A stretch of 63,363 nucleotides of DNA, the filler included, from Octopus bimaculoides (taxonomy: Eukaryota): NCBI RefSeq assembly GCF_001194135.2. It is 4 parts of 4 records of this genome, joined end to end, with 100 filler letters (N's around TTAATTAATTAA, not from the genome) between each part and the next. Parts side by side here need not be neighbours in the genome. Positions count along the whole stretch, not along the records: positions 1 to 16,867 come from NC_068981.1; 3 more parts are not named here. One strand, written 5' to 3'. Shown here in pieces: positions 1 through 10,035 of the stretch. Each line of letters begins with the position of its first letter. Positions within the stretch are counted from its first letter, which is position 1. Both the position numbers and the translations under genes were made by a program. A model generated the notes under the pieces. That model was not told the origin of the DNA and made no database searches. It saw only the letters and a program-made list of their open reading frames with translations.

Positions 1-408
1 ACATATATATACACATACATATATACACATATACATACATACATATGCATGCATATATACATATACATGCATACAGATACATATATACACATATACATGC
101 ATACACATACATATATACACATACATATACATACATACATACATATACATACATATATATGCATGCATATATATATACATATATATGCGTGCATATATAT
201 ATACATATACATGCATACATATATATGCATATATATATACATACATATACACATACATATATACATACATATATACACTCATATATACATACATATACAT
301 ATATACATGCATATACTCATATATATATATATATATTGTTATCTATATATATATATACATATATACATATAGAGAGAGATACATGAATACATATAAATAA
401 GGGATAAC

Positions 409-452
<44 letters not shown>

Positions 453-470
453 TACATTTATATACACATG
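1..470. repeat. Compound (TA)n/(CA)n/(TACA)n microsatellite
   Basis: Direct inspection; the Y/I/H/T-rich ORFs here are translations of the repeat. Confidence 0.95.
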
Positions 471-501
471 CATGCATATATTGTAATCTACATATATTTT
501 A

Positions 502-543
<42 letters not shown>

Positions 544-1132
544 AATTGATATATAATTTCGTTCAAATCTGTCTCACAATTGATCTTTCATTTTACTCTC
601 TCTGTATTTATTTCCCTTTTATGACAACCGGCCACGTTTTCTCTTATCTGTGCTCTGTCTCTCTGTGTGTATGTATGTATTTATTTATGTATATCTCACA
701 AATTCTCTTATCTCTCTTTTACTCGCATTTGCTCTCACTTTTTCTCTCGCAGTCTGTCCCTTCTCTTTGCCCTTCCATATTTCTCTCTCTCTCTCTCTCA
801 TTCTCTCAATTTAATTTCTTTGCCTGACTCATCCAATTATTTCTCTTACTGTTAAAAAAAAAAAAAAAGCATCACAAAATATCTACATATCCCTTTCAGC
901 TCTATAAAATCATCTGTCAGAGTTTAAAGCTGTGAGCAATTATCTCTTGTTCCTCTTCGGATTTTTAGCTCCAATAGAAATCAGATATGTTCTCTCCTCC
1001 CGTCATTTCTATTATCATAATTGAAAAACAAACAGAAAGTCAATATGCTAAAATGTGGTTATGTTAAAAATGAAATAACATATTTGTCTTGTGTATTCAT
1101 AATTTATATCACTTTTGATATTTCTCTTTCAG

Positions 1133-1790
1133 GCGAGAAATTATGGCCTTACAAGCGGAAAATTACGCCCTTGAGAAGCAATTATACAGTTATCAACAGT
1201 CCATAGCCAAGACAAACGCTAAAAATTCTCCAGTCAACCCGGTGGAACCGAGCAAGAAGCTGGTTGAGAATGGCTATGAATTAGAACTGGCCAGAGAATT
1301 AAGTCAGCATTTGCACGCAGGGCACAAACCATCTCATCCAACTCAGTTATCACCCTCTCCGACCCCCCAACAATCTCATTACTCATCTTATCAACATCAG
1401 CAAGCACAACCAGCCCCGCCGCCGTCACCGCAACCACATCAACAACAACCGCAACAACAACAACAACAACAACAACAGGAAAGTCCGAGGCAACCGCCAC
1501 AGCAGCAGCAGCGGCAGTCACATCAGTACCATCACCACCAACAGTTACAAGAGCAACCCAAACCGCCGTCACCGCCAACAACATCACAACAGCAGCACCA
1601 CTACCACCACCAACAGCAGCAGCAATCACAACAACAACAACAACAGTATCAACAATATTCACCCCAGCACTCACCACAACACTCCCCGCACCACTCACCC
1701 CATCATACACCCCACCATCATGAGAGGCGAACTCCGACGAGGAGACGTCACCATGACACAACATACCGAGACTACAATATCAGAAATTAG
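1133..1790 (+). CDS. Terminal coding exon of an unidentified gene: short coiled coil followed by a Gln/His/Pro-rich low-complexity tail
   Basis: Polypyrimidine acceptor tttctctttcAG ends at 1132. Frame is open from 1134 (REIMALQAENYALEKQLYSYQQSIAK...) to TAG at 1788-1790. Heptad-like N-terminal part, coding-like composition, SPxH repeats. The ORF-track ATG at 1143 is probably internal; upstream exons lie left of the window. Confidence 0.8.
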
Positions 1791-1948
1791 AGAGGCGCCA
1801 TCTTAAATATTGACTGCAGTTTTAGGAAGATAGCGAGAAATCTGAAGAAATGTCTTGCATGGAACTTAATCAGTTCCTTCTATCCATTTGGCAGGATTCT
1901 GTGTAATTCTATTTGCCTAAAGCAAAATAAGATTCCTGGTTTAATCCA

Positions 1949-1954
1949 AATAAA
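1949..1954 (+). promoter_or_regulatory. Candidate polyadenylation signal for the upstream exon
   Basis: First AATAAA about 160 nt after the stop, followed by T/GT-rich sequence; such hexamers are common by chance in AT-rich DNA. Confidence 0.3.
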
Positions 1955-2039
1955 GGATGGCTTTCTTGCTCAGCAGTTTTATCAAGTGGTCTAAGCGGCC
2001 CTTTTGTTTATATATGATATCTGCATGATTTTACATACT

Positions 2040-2064
2040 TTGTGTGTGTATATATATATATATT

Positions 2065-2095
<31 letters not shown>

Positions 2096-2442
2096 GTATA
2101 CATATATATAGATATATGAAAATATATAATACATATCTATATACATACATATATATAACTACGTAAATATATAAGATATAATACATATAAGATATAATAC
2201 ATATAAGATATAATACATATAAGATATAATACATGTATGTATACATATACATATTTATACATATATATATATATATATGTATATGTTTACATATATATGA
2301 AAATATAATATATAATACATATCTATATACATATATATAAATACATTAATATATAAGATATTATACATATATATATATACACATGTATATTTATACATAA
2401 TTGTATACAAACTCACGCGCTATTTAAATGTGTGTGTATGTG

Positions 2443-2473
<31 letters not shown>

Positions 2474-2625
2474 ATACATCTATATAGATATATGAATATA
2501 TAATATATATAATACATATATATACATACATATAAATATATAAAATAATATATATGTATATCTATACATACTCACACGCTATTTAACTGTGTGCGTGTGT
2601 GTGTACATATATATATATATATATN
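2040..2625. repeat. TA-rich compound microsatellite with a short ATAAGATATAATACAT minisatellite (~2170-2235)
   Basis: Direct inspection; runs into an N gap. Confidence 0.9.
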
Positions 2626-3169
2626 NNNNNNNNNNNNNNNNNNNNNNNNNNNNNNNNNNNNNNNNNNNNNNNNNNNNNNNNNNNNNNNNNNNNNNNNNNN
2701 NNNNNNNNNNNNNNNNNNNNNNNNNNNNNNNNNNNNNNNNNNNNNNNNNNNNNNNNNNNNNNNNNNNNNNNNNNNNNNNNNNNNNNNNNNNNNNNNNNNN
2801 NNNNNNNNNNNNNNNTATATATATATATATATATATTGTAAAATTCGAAAGCCACAAGTGTACAGTTTCTTTCGTTCTCAACCACTGCACTTTATGCCAT
2901 GATTAATTCTAAGAACGAAATAGACCGTATCCTTGTAGAACTTAGTCACTCCACTGTTATAAAAGTGAGTTTTTTTTTTGTTTGTTTTGGCTTGGGGCTT
3001 ACACAAGTCCAGCTGAACAAACTAAGTAATAGACATACACAGATACACACACACAGCTATATAAATGTATGTGTGGGGATATAACTATATGTATTATTTA
3101 TACGTATATATGATTGTATAACATTTATATATAATTGCTTATATAGTTAATTACATGAAAATATTAATG

Positions 3170-3225
3170 TGTTCAAGGCGGTGCCCCAGCATGGCTACAG
3201 TCTAATGACTGAAACAAGTGAAAAC
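3170..3225 (+). mobile_element. 3' fragment of SINE family C
   Basis: AAGGCGGTGCCCCAGCATGGCTACAGTCTAATGACTGAAACAAG matches the tail of the copy at 6855-6900. Confidence 0.75.
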
Positions 3226-3850
3226 ATATGTGTTATATAATATATACATATATTCGTATGTATTAATATAGAATATATACATATATGTGCGTGCACACAC
3301 ATACATATACACACATGCTCATACATTTACGCATATATACACACACGCATACACACAGATATATATACATATATAAGGTACAATATTTCATATGTACCGG
3401 TCTATCAAGCAAGCTAGGGGAGACAAGCAGAGAACTTCCTGTTTGTCCGTATATGTGTATGCGTCTCCTTAAACTTTTACAATTTTCACCACTGCTGCCG
3501 TTGTATAACAACAGTTTTGCATAGATTCAAAGAATCGAAACTTGATATTATCAATTCAAATAACAAAGTTCGTTTACTGGAACTTATTTTTAAACAAATA
3601 TAATTTTAAAAAAACAAACAAACAAACAAACAAACAGAGAAAGCTCTTGATTTCCGGTGGAGATTTGGTCTTGGTGCGTCTACCGCTACTTCCGCTGTTA
3701 CAGTTGCTCAGGAAACTCCAAAAAACAACGATGTGTTTCTGTTTTGTTTTTGTTAATGTTTTAGTGGGGGGGGCTCTTTTTTCTGTCTGTTTTTATTCAA
3801 GTAGATCTGTGTGGTTTTTAAAACTTTGTTGTTATTGTTATTATTATTAT

Positions 3851-4079
3851 AAGCGGCGAGCTGGCAGAATCGTTTTCACACCGGGTGAAATGCTTAGCGG
3901 CATTCCGTCCGTCTATACGTTCTGAGCTCAAATTCTGCCGGGTTGACTTTACCTTTCATCCTTTCGAGGTCGATAAATTAAGTACCAGTTGTTTACTGGG
4001 GTCGATGTAATCGACTTAACCCCTCCCCAAAAATTTCAGGCCATGTGCCTATAGTAGAAACGATTATTATTATTATTAT
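3851..4079 (+). mobile_element. SINE family A, full-length, with (ATT)n tail
   Basis: GGCGAGCTGGCAGAATCGTT...TTCTGAGCTCAAATTC...GGTCGATAAATTAAGTACCAG...AGTAGAAACG(ATT)n; homologous to at least 8 other copies in the window. Confidence 0.9.
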
Positions 4080-4389
4080 GTCGAGTGTATATCTAATCTT
4101 TCCGTTATTTCTCAAATTGTATAAGCATCAAAGATGATTGAGAATCTGGGACTGTAAGAAAAGAAGCAATTCCGAAAGATTGGAAATTGTGCTAGCAGAA
4201 TTCGCAGAAACATTTTTAAGGAGCCGCCAGAACTCTTAGTATATCCATGTGTGCGTGTATGTATGTGTGTGTGGCCGGAAGTGTTTTCAAGAGCGTGAAA
4301 TCAAGGATATTGTCTAGAATTACTCTGTGTGCCTTGTGCATATTATTCAGGAGTTCTGCACTGGAGTTCTCATCCAACCAGTCTTGATA

Positions 4390-4455
4390 TTTTCCTTTTT
4401 ACGTCTTAAATCCGATGAATTCGGCAGCTGCATCATAAAGTGTGGAACTTAAGGA

Positions 4456-4491
<36 letters not shown>

Positions 4492-5643
4492 GTCATCTAT
4501 GCAAGTTTCCGAGGGGATGAGTGCCGCCGAAGATTTTAGTTTGACATTTAAAAAGTGGCAGAAAACCTTTACGAATATCCACTCTGTCGGACATAAAGCG
4601 ACTGAGCCTCTTGAGGTTCAGTGCTCTTGAGTGTCAGAAGCATTGCGCTTGCTATCTAGCCTTTAATAATATCATTTGATAGTTTGTCCAATACTCAGCT
4701 ACCCTCGTTGTACGAGTGAGCAGAACACGCCTTAACATAATGTAACCAATAAGATTACAGTGTTTGGATCTGTTGTGCATCTATGGGGTTTTGTTTATTG
4801 TTCTGCTCGAAGATAGTGCAGGTAATGGGGAAGCCGTGTTCCTCACACAGAGAAAGATCTTTGATGCTGTCGTTGCTGCTGCTTTTGCCAACTTCATGGT
4901 TCCTGATCACACGTTTCCAGATTTTTTATTCCTCTCTATTCTTGCATTAAAATCAGCCATTAGTACGACTTTGTCGTGTTTGGAGATTCAGCATTTGATC
5001 TAATCTCTGGCAGAAGCGATTTTTATTCTGACTGCTCACTACATGAGATTCTAAACTGCTTTAAACAGGCCTCCGTATCACTTAGAAAGCTCAGAGAGAT
5101 TTTCTAGCATCTCAGTCTCCATATCAAGGTTTTTATCTACCGAGCAGTCTGAGTTTCCTCTGTTGTACGGGTAAAGACACCGCCAACTCGTTAAGACACT
5201 GGGAACCTTTAACATCCAGTGTCCCTAGAATAACTTTTCAGTTGCTCGGCAAGATATAATTACTCGCATAGAAACCCTCCATCGAACTGATAGCTGCAAT
5301 TTTGCATCTATGCTATACAGGTACCATCCGAGATAACTCATATGTAGCACATATGTTTGCGTATCTGGTTTGTTTGAAGATAGTACTGGTAATGAGGAAG
5401 CCGTGTTCCGCACACAGAGAAAGATGTTTGATGCTGTCGTTGCCTCTTATTTTGCCAACTTCATGGTTCCTGTTCACTCGTTTCCAGATTCTTTTATTCC
5501 TCTCTATTCTTGCATTAAAATCACCCATTAGTACGACTTTGTCGTGTTTGAAGATTCAGCATTTGGTTTAATCTCTGGCAGAAACGGTTTTTGTCCTGAC
5601 TGTTCACTGGATGAGATTCTAACTGCTTTAAACAGGACCTCCT
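4390..5643 (-). mobile_element. Degenerate RTE-type LINE AP-endonuclease fragments (two tandem partial copies)
   Basis: Minus-strand translations MGDFNARI...HLSLCAEHGFLITSTIF, SKHCNLIGYIM and RVLLTRTTRVAEYWTNYQMI resemble RTE endonuclease motifs (GDFNA, HWHLIDY, TDH). A ~250-bp block is repeated with a 567-bp offset (4811 vs 5378). Confidence 0.75.
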
Positions 5644-6005
5644 ACACAATGATTAAATCCCGGTCAGAGAACCAAAGAAGTGGTCTTAAACGCTAATTGA
5701 AGACCACTTTGGAGGGCGAGTAACATAAACTTTTCAAGAGTGAAAGGACATTGCTACCTACTGTCCTTTTTAGAGATTTCTCTGTTCATGGGGGAGCGTG
5801 ATTAGAGATACGAATGAGAGACGTACTCAGCGCTACCAGGAATATCGAGAAAATAGACATGCACACAGAGTAATACCTGGTCTTTCCAACCAAACATACA
5901 CATGTGTCGTCTGCGACCGAAGCTGCACAACAATGACTGGAATGTATTAAAGGGATCAAAGGATCATCGAAAGAAGACAGTCATCTAATCCCCTGATTCG
6001 ATGAA
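5644..6005 (+). mobile_element. RTE-type LINE 3' end (C-terminal zinc-finger remnant and 3' terminus)
   Basis: Plus-strand TYTCVVCDRSCTTMTG resembles the RTE C-terminal CxxCxRxCxSxIGL motif, followed by a terminus-like GTCATCTAATCCCCTGATTCGATG. Confidence 0.55.
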
Positions 6006-6137
6006 TGTGGAGTTTCTTTTTGTTACTCTTGTTGTTGCTGTTGTTATTGCTGTATTGCTTCCTCGTCCCATTTGTTTCTTTATAGTTACCTTCTGTTGCT
6101 TTTTGAAAATAATTAACTGAACGCTTTTTCAATCAGA

Positions 6138-6186
<49 letters not shown>

Positions 6187-6629
6187 CAACCCGCTTTTTT
6201 CAGACATTACAAATACGATTTCTATCGTTATTGTGCTTATCATTATCATCATCATCATCACACCATCATTAATATAATCATCATGAAACCAACTCTTAAC
6301 CTGCTAGTAATAACATCCAAATTACCCTCAAATCACACACGTCTTAAATAAGGAATAATGTAGACCTACATATCTCTAATACGGTGGAATGGTCGCATCT
6401 GAAATCCATTCGATCATATTTCCATTGACTCAGGTCGATGTTCATCACCATCATAATCAGTATCATCATCGCTCGTCTTCGCCGCTGTCATCATCTTCAT
6501 AATAATTAATGTTATAACATTACCACTACTACTGGTATAGTCTTTTTTACTACTACTACTACTATTGGGGGTATAGTTCTTTTTTAAGAGTTAAAAATTA
6601 TATATGTTAATAGTCATTTTGAAGTTATG

Positions 6630-6915
6630 TAGCAAATTTCTACAAAGCCTTGTGAGGGGATATGGTAGAAGGAAACTGAAAGAATCCCATCGTATATATG
6701 TGTGTGAAAGTGTGTGTGTTTGTCCCCTACCATCGCTTGACAACCAGTGTTGGTGTGTTTACGTCCCCTGTAACTTAGCGGTTCAGCATAACAGAACGAT
6801 AGAATAAGTACTAGGCTTACAAAGAATAAATTCTGGGGTCGATTTGTTCGACTAAAGGCGGTGCTCCAGCATGGCCACAGTCAAATTACTGAAACAAATG
6901 AAAGAATAAAAGAGA
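6630..6915 (+). mobile_element. SINE family C (5'-truncated, internal TA/TG microsatellite)
   Basis: GAAACTGAAAGAATCCC..(TA/TG)n..CATCGCTTGACAACC..CGTAACTTAGCGGTTC..GCTCCAGCATGGCC; homologous to 22425-22728 and 42530-42800. Confidence 0.85.
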
Positions 6916-7476
6916 TGATCTATTCTATTAGGACTAGCTGATGGTCAACAATATCAACCAAGCAAATTCTTCTGACCATCAAGGTTGGCCTGAGGCCACA
7001 CAAAAAAAACTTCTCAGCTTCCTTGCTACAATATCCACTGCGTAGCTTGACCATAGCCTCATTCCATCTGATTGATAGTCATAGTCAGCCCCCGCGACAA
7101 TTTGTTGGTTCGCATCTACGAAATAATGATATCACCTCAATATATTCCTCTACATTCAAACTTTATCGTTATCAAAATGCCAATATCTACCTCTGCTTTG
7201 TGAAACGAAGTTCTTTCAATTAAAAAGACACATTTCAGTGTAAAAATGATTTTTGTACAAAATAGATTCTATTAGAATTAATGTTTTTATATCAAGGATA
7301 TTTTAGAATAAAATTTTCGAATTTATAAAACAAATCGGAAATTGGGAAGCGCTAATTCCTGTCCCGAGGCATTAAAAAACATTCTATGATAAAAACATAT
7401 ATATATATAAATGAAAATATTGATTGCAATTTATTATTAATTAAACTAATTTTTAAATTATTTCTTTAGAGAATCA

Positions 7477-7645
7477 GGTAGCGAACTGGCAGAATCGTTA
7501 ACATGTCAGACAAAATTCTTAACGGCTTTTTACATTCTGGATTCAACTTTGCCTTTCTACCTTCCAGGGTCGATAAACAAAGCACCAGTCATCTAGTGCT
7601 CTCCACACCACTAAAATGACTGACCTTCTGCCAAGAATAAGAAGC
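7477..7645 (+). mobile_element. SINE family A, older diverged copy
   Basis: GCGAACTGGCAGAATCGTT...GGTCGATAAACAAAGCACCAG aligns by eye to 3851-4079 with deletions. Confidence 0.8.
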
Positions 7646-7662
7646 AATTATTTTCTTAGAAT

Positions 7663-7861
7663 CTTTTCTACTCTAGGCACGGGTGAGGGAGCCAGTCGAT
7701 TAGATCGACCCAGTACGCAACTGGTACTTAAGTTATCGACACCGAAAGGATGAAAGGCAAAGTTGACCTCGGCGGAATTTGAACTCAGAATGTAAAAACA
7801 GATGAAATACTACTAAGCAGTTTGCCCGGCGTGTTAACGGTTCTGCCAGTTCGCCGCCTTG
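7663..7861 (-). mobile_element. SINE family A, antisense copy with 17-bp TSD
   Basis: Reverse complement of family A, flanked by identical AATTATTTTCTTAGAAT at 7646-7662 and 7862-7878. Confidence 0.92.
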
Positions 7862-8119
7862 AATTATTTTCTTAGAATGCAATATAAGTTAGAATCAGTA
7901 AGACGGCTAAGAAAAATGTTTTTTTTTAAATAATTACGTTACTTTACGTCTAGTTCAAATCCTGCCGAATCTATCTGTACCTTTTATCCTTTCTAAGGTC
8001 AGTAAGATAAATAGGTAAATACTGTTCCGAGACTTAGGACTCATAAAGCCGAGTGCCCAGTTTTTTTCGTGGCATATAAGTGACAGAAATCACAACATTC
8101 TCTCTAAGCATGGTATCAG

Positions 8120-8259
8120 TCCGTTGCAGGATTACTCATTTACAGCTGAGGAGACCGGTGCAACGTGGAATGAAGTGTTTTGCTCAAGAACAGGCTGGTC
8201 CAGGAATCGAACCTACTACCTTGCAATTGTGGCTGCCACAACCTAACTATTAAGCCATG
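8120..8259 (-). mobile_element. tRNA-derived CORE-type SINE (family B)
   Basis: Minus strand shows a tRNA-like head (A box TGGCTTAATAG, B box GGTTCGATTCC) and a CORE-like CTTGAGCAAAACACTTCATT segment. Confidence 0.75.
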
Positions 8260-8320
8260 AAAGTACAATAACAGACTATTCCCAGCCTCCAAATAAGCAG
8301 CCTGGTGTTTGTATCAGAAG

Positions 8321-8638
8321 TTACCATTTCTTTAGTTTCCTTTGCCAATGCATAAAGAGTACCTGATGCTTAGAACAGTGGATATATGTGCGTATAATTG
8401 TTTTCGTTTTAATTAATATATTGATAAAAAAAATCATTAAGAGAGCCGAGATTATAAAATTGTCGATTGCTCCTATGAAGTATAGGATTTTAAGACAGAA
8501 TAAACAAAGCAAAAACAACTGTAATATACAGGCAGTTACTATGGAAACGAGTGCTTTAGAAGTGAGTTGTGAGGAGAAGAGTAGTAGTGGCAGTTCTTGT
8601 CCAGGAGTGAAAAGTTCATGATCTTCATATTTTTTCAT
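8321..8638 (-). CDS. Possible exon encoding hydrophobic (membrane-like) sequence; unidentified
   Basis: 105-aa ORF in unique sequence with 2-3 hydrophobic stretches and a plausible acceptor (ctcacttctaaAG). No family recognised; may be the antisense shadow of a + strand exon. Confidence 0.2.
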   Translation of the reverse strand: MKKYEDHELFTPGQELPLLLFSSQLTSKALVSIVTACILQLFLLCLFCLKILYFIGAIDNFIISALLMIFFINILIKTKTIIRTYIHCSKHQVLFMHWQRKLKKW

Positions 8639-9000
8639 TGGTCTTATGTACGACCATCAGAGATCGATCTCAATAACTGAGGTGATTTCGTTTTGCGTAG
8701 AATAAGATTTTAAATTAATTGTAGATAAGTATTTGGTATTGAGTTTTATTTTTGACCATTATATTTATAAAACAAAAATATCGTAATGAATCCGTCGTGC
8801 ATCTGACGAAGGATGTTAGTTCGAAACATCCGTCTTTTCTATTTCTTACGACAATCTTATTGACACCTACAATCATTATTGGAGTATATTATCAATGTTG
8901 ATGTTGTAGATCCTCACCAGTTTACTCGTATGCCGTATTTTACCACTATTAATACTAGGAGAAACATTACCCTCCGAGGATTGTATATATGATGTAAAAT

Positions 9001-9075
9001 AAAGACCCCTTCGGTCATGAATGACCATGGGATTGCAGCTAGAAAGCTCCCCTCCGAGTAAGTCCTGGTAAAGCA
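9001..9075 (+). repeat. Short fragment of an interspersed repeat, probably LINE/RTE-related
   Basis: GACCCCTTCGGTCATGAATGACCATGGGATTGCAGCTAGAAAG resembles a common octopus interspersed repeat (recognition from memory). Confidence 0.4.
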
Positions 9076-9222
9076 AAAGGAAAATATTTAATAATATAAC
9101 TTTTAAACTTTTTTTTTAATCTAAAATTATAAAATAGTAAAATATGATATTACTTTGAATTATTCTCGTTCCTTGTATGAATGATAATTATTTCATCTCT
9201 TTAAAATCTAAATTTCTTAACA

Positions 9223-9330
9223 ATGACAAGTAAAGGCAGTGAAGCTAAACCGGCGGATGAAAATGATATAGAAGGAAATGTAGATGTAATGATGGATGCA
9301 AAGAAAGCAGAGAAGATGGTCGCAGAGAAT
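9223..9330 (+). CDS. Possible first coding exon (MTSKGSEAKPADENDIEGNVDVMMDAKKAEKMVAEN)
   Basis: ATG at 9223, 36 open purine-rich codons, donor-like GTGAGC at 9331. An alternative minus-strand exon (acceptor ending at 9336) is equally possible. Confidence 0.2.
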
Positions 9331-9961
9331 GTGAGCTGTGAGAGAGTGGGGAGAGAGATATTTGTGAGTTTTCAGCAAAGATGCTGTTCAAAATAGGCAA
9401 TAAAAGTGACATTTAAATTAAAACAGCAAAAATTAGAACTTTTTAACATGTTACTAGGATTTAATTTATCTAAAAGGTTGTTTACACTTTTGGTTACATA
9501 ATTTAGATATACCTGCAATAGGATCATTAGATATGTGTATTATTATTATATATGTGTATAAATATCCTTAATAACGTGGAAGGTTATACAATTATATCTA
9601 TTAATAAATCATATGACGTCCTCTTGTCGACCGTTCACTCTATTCCGGAATAGTCTCTGCTAACATATAAAAGAATGGGTCCTTTATCAGTAGTATAACA
9701 CAGTGATACAACGTTGTTATAGAACAGTATTATAACAGTCGGATAATAACAGAACACGAATTATAACCGGAACACAGTGAATCTAATGAAGGCAAAAACG
9801 AGGATTCGCGTATCAGCAGTAGATATTTATATAAAAACCCATCAAATTGTTTACTAGAGAAAAGAAGTATTGACTATCGAAGTTCGAACCGCAGAAGTTT
9901 GTATTGAAAAAGATATTCTGCACTATTAGGACATTCCGCACGTGATAGAGATGAAGACAGG

Positions 9962-9962
<1 letters not shown>

Positions 9963-10034
<72 letters not shown>
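9963..10034. repeat. (AGT)n microsatellite
   Basis: About 24 perfect units; source of the poly-Thr ORF. Confidence 0.97.

Positions 10035-10035
<1 letters not shown>

Noticed and set aside
45-827. Several 60-120 aa ORFs rich in Y/I/H/T/C
   Set aside because: Translations of (TA)n/(CA)n microsatellites. The same applies to the ORFs at 16119-16617, 31109-31446, 35721-35939, 47376-47928 and 61922-62215.
1234-1764. 176-aa minus-strand V/A-rich ORF
   Set aside because: Antisense shadow of the CAA/CAG-rich plus-strand exon, which has the splice acceptor and stop.
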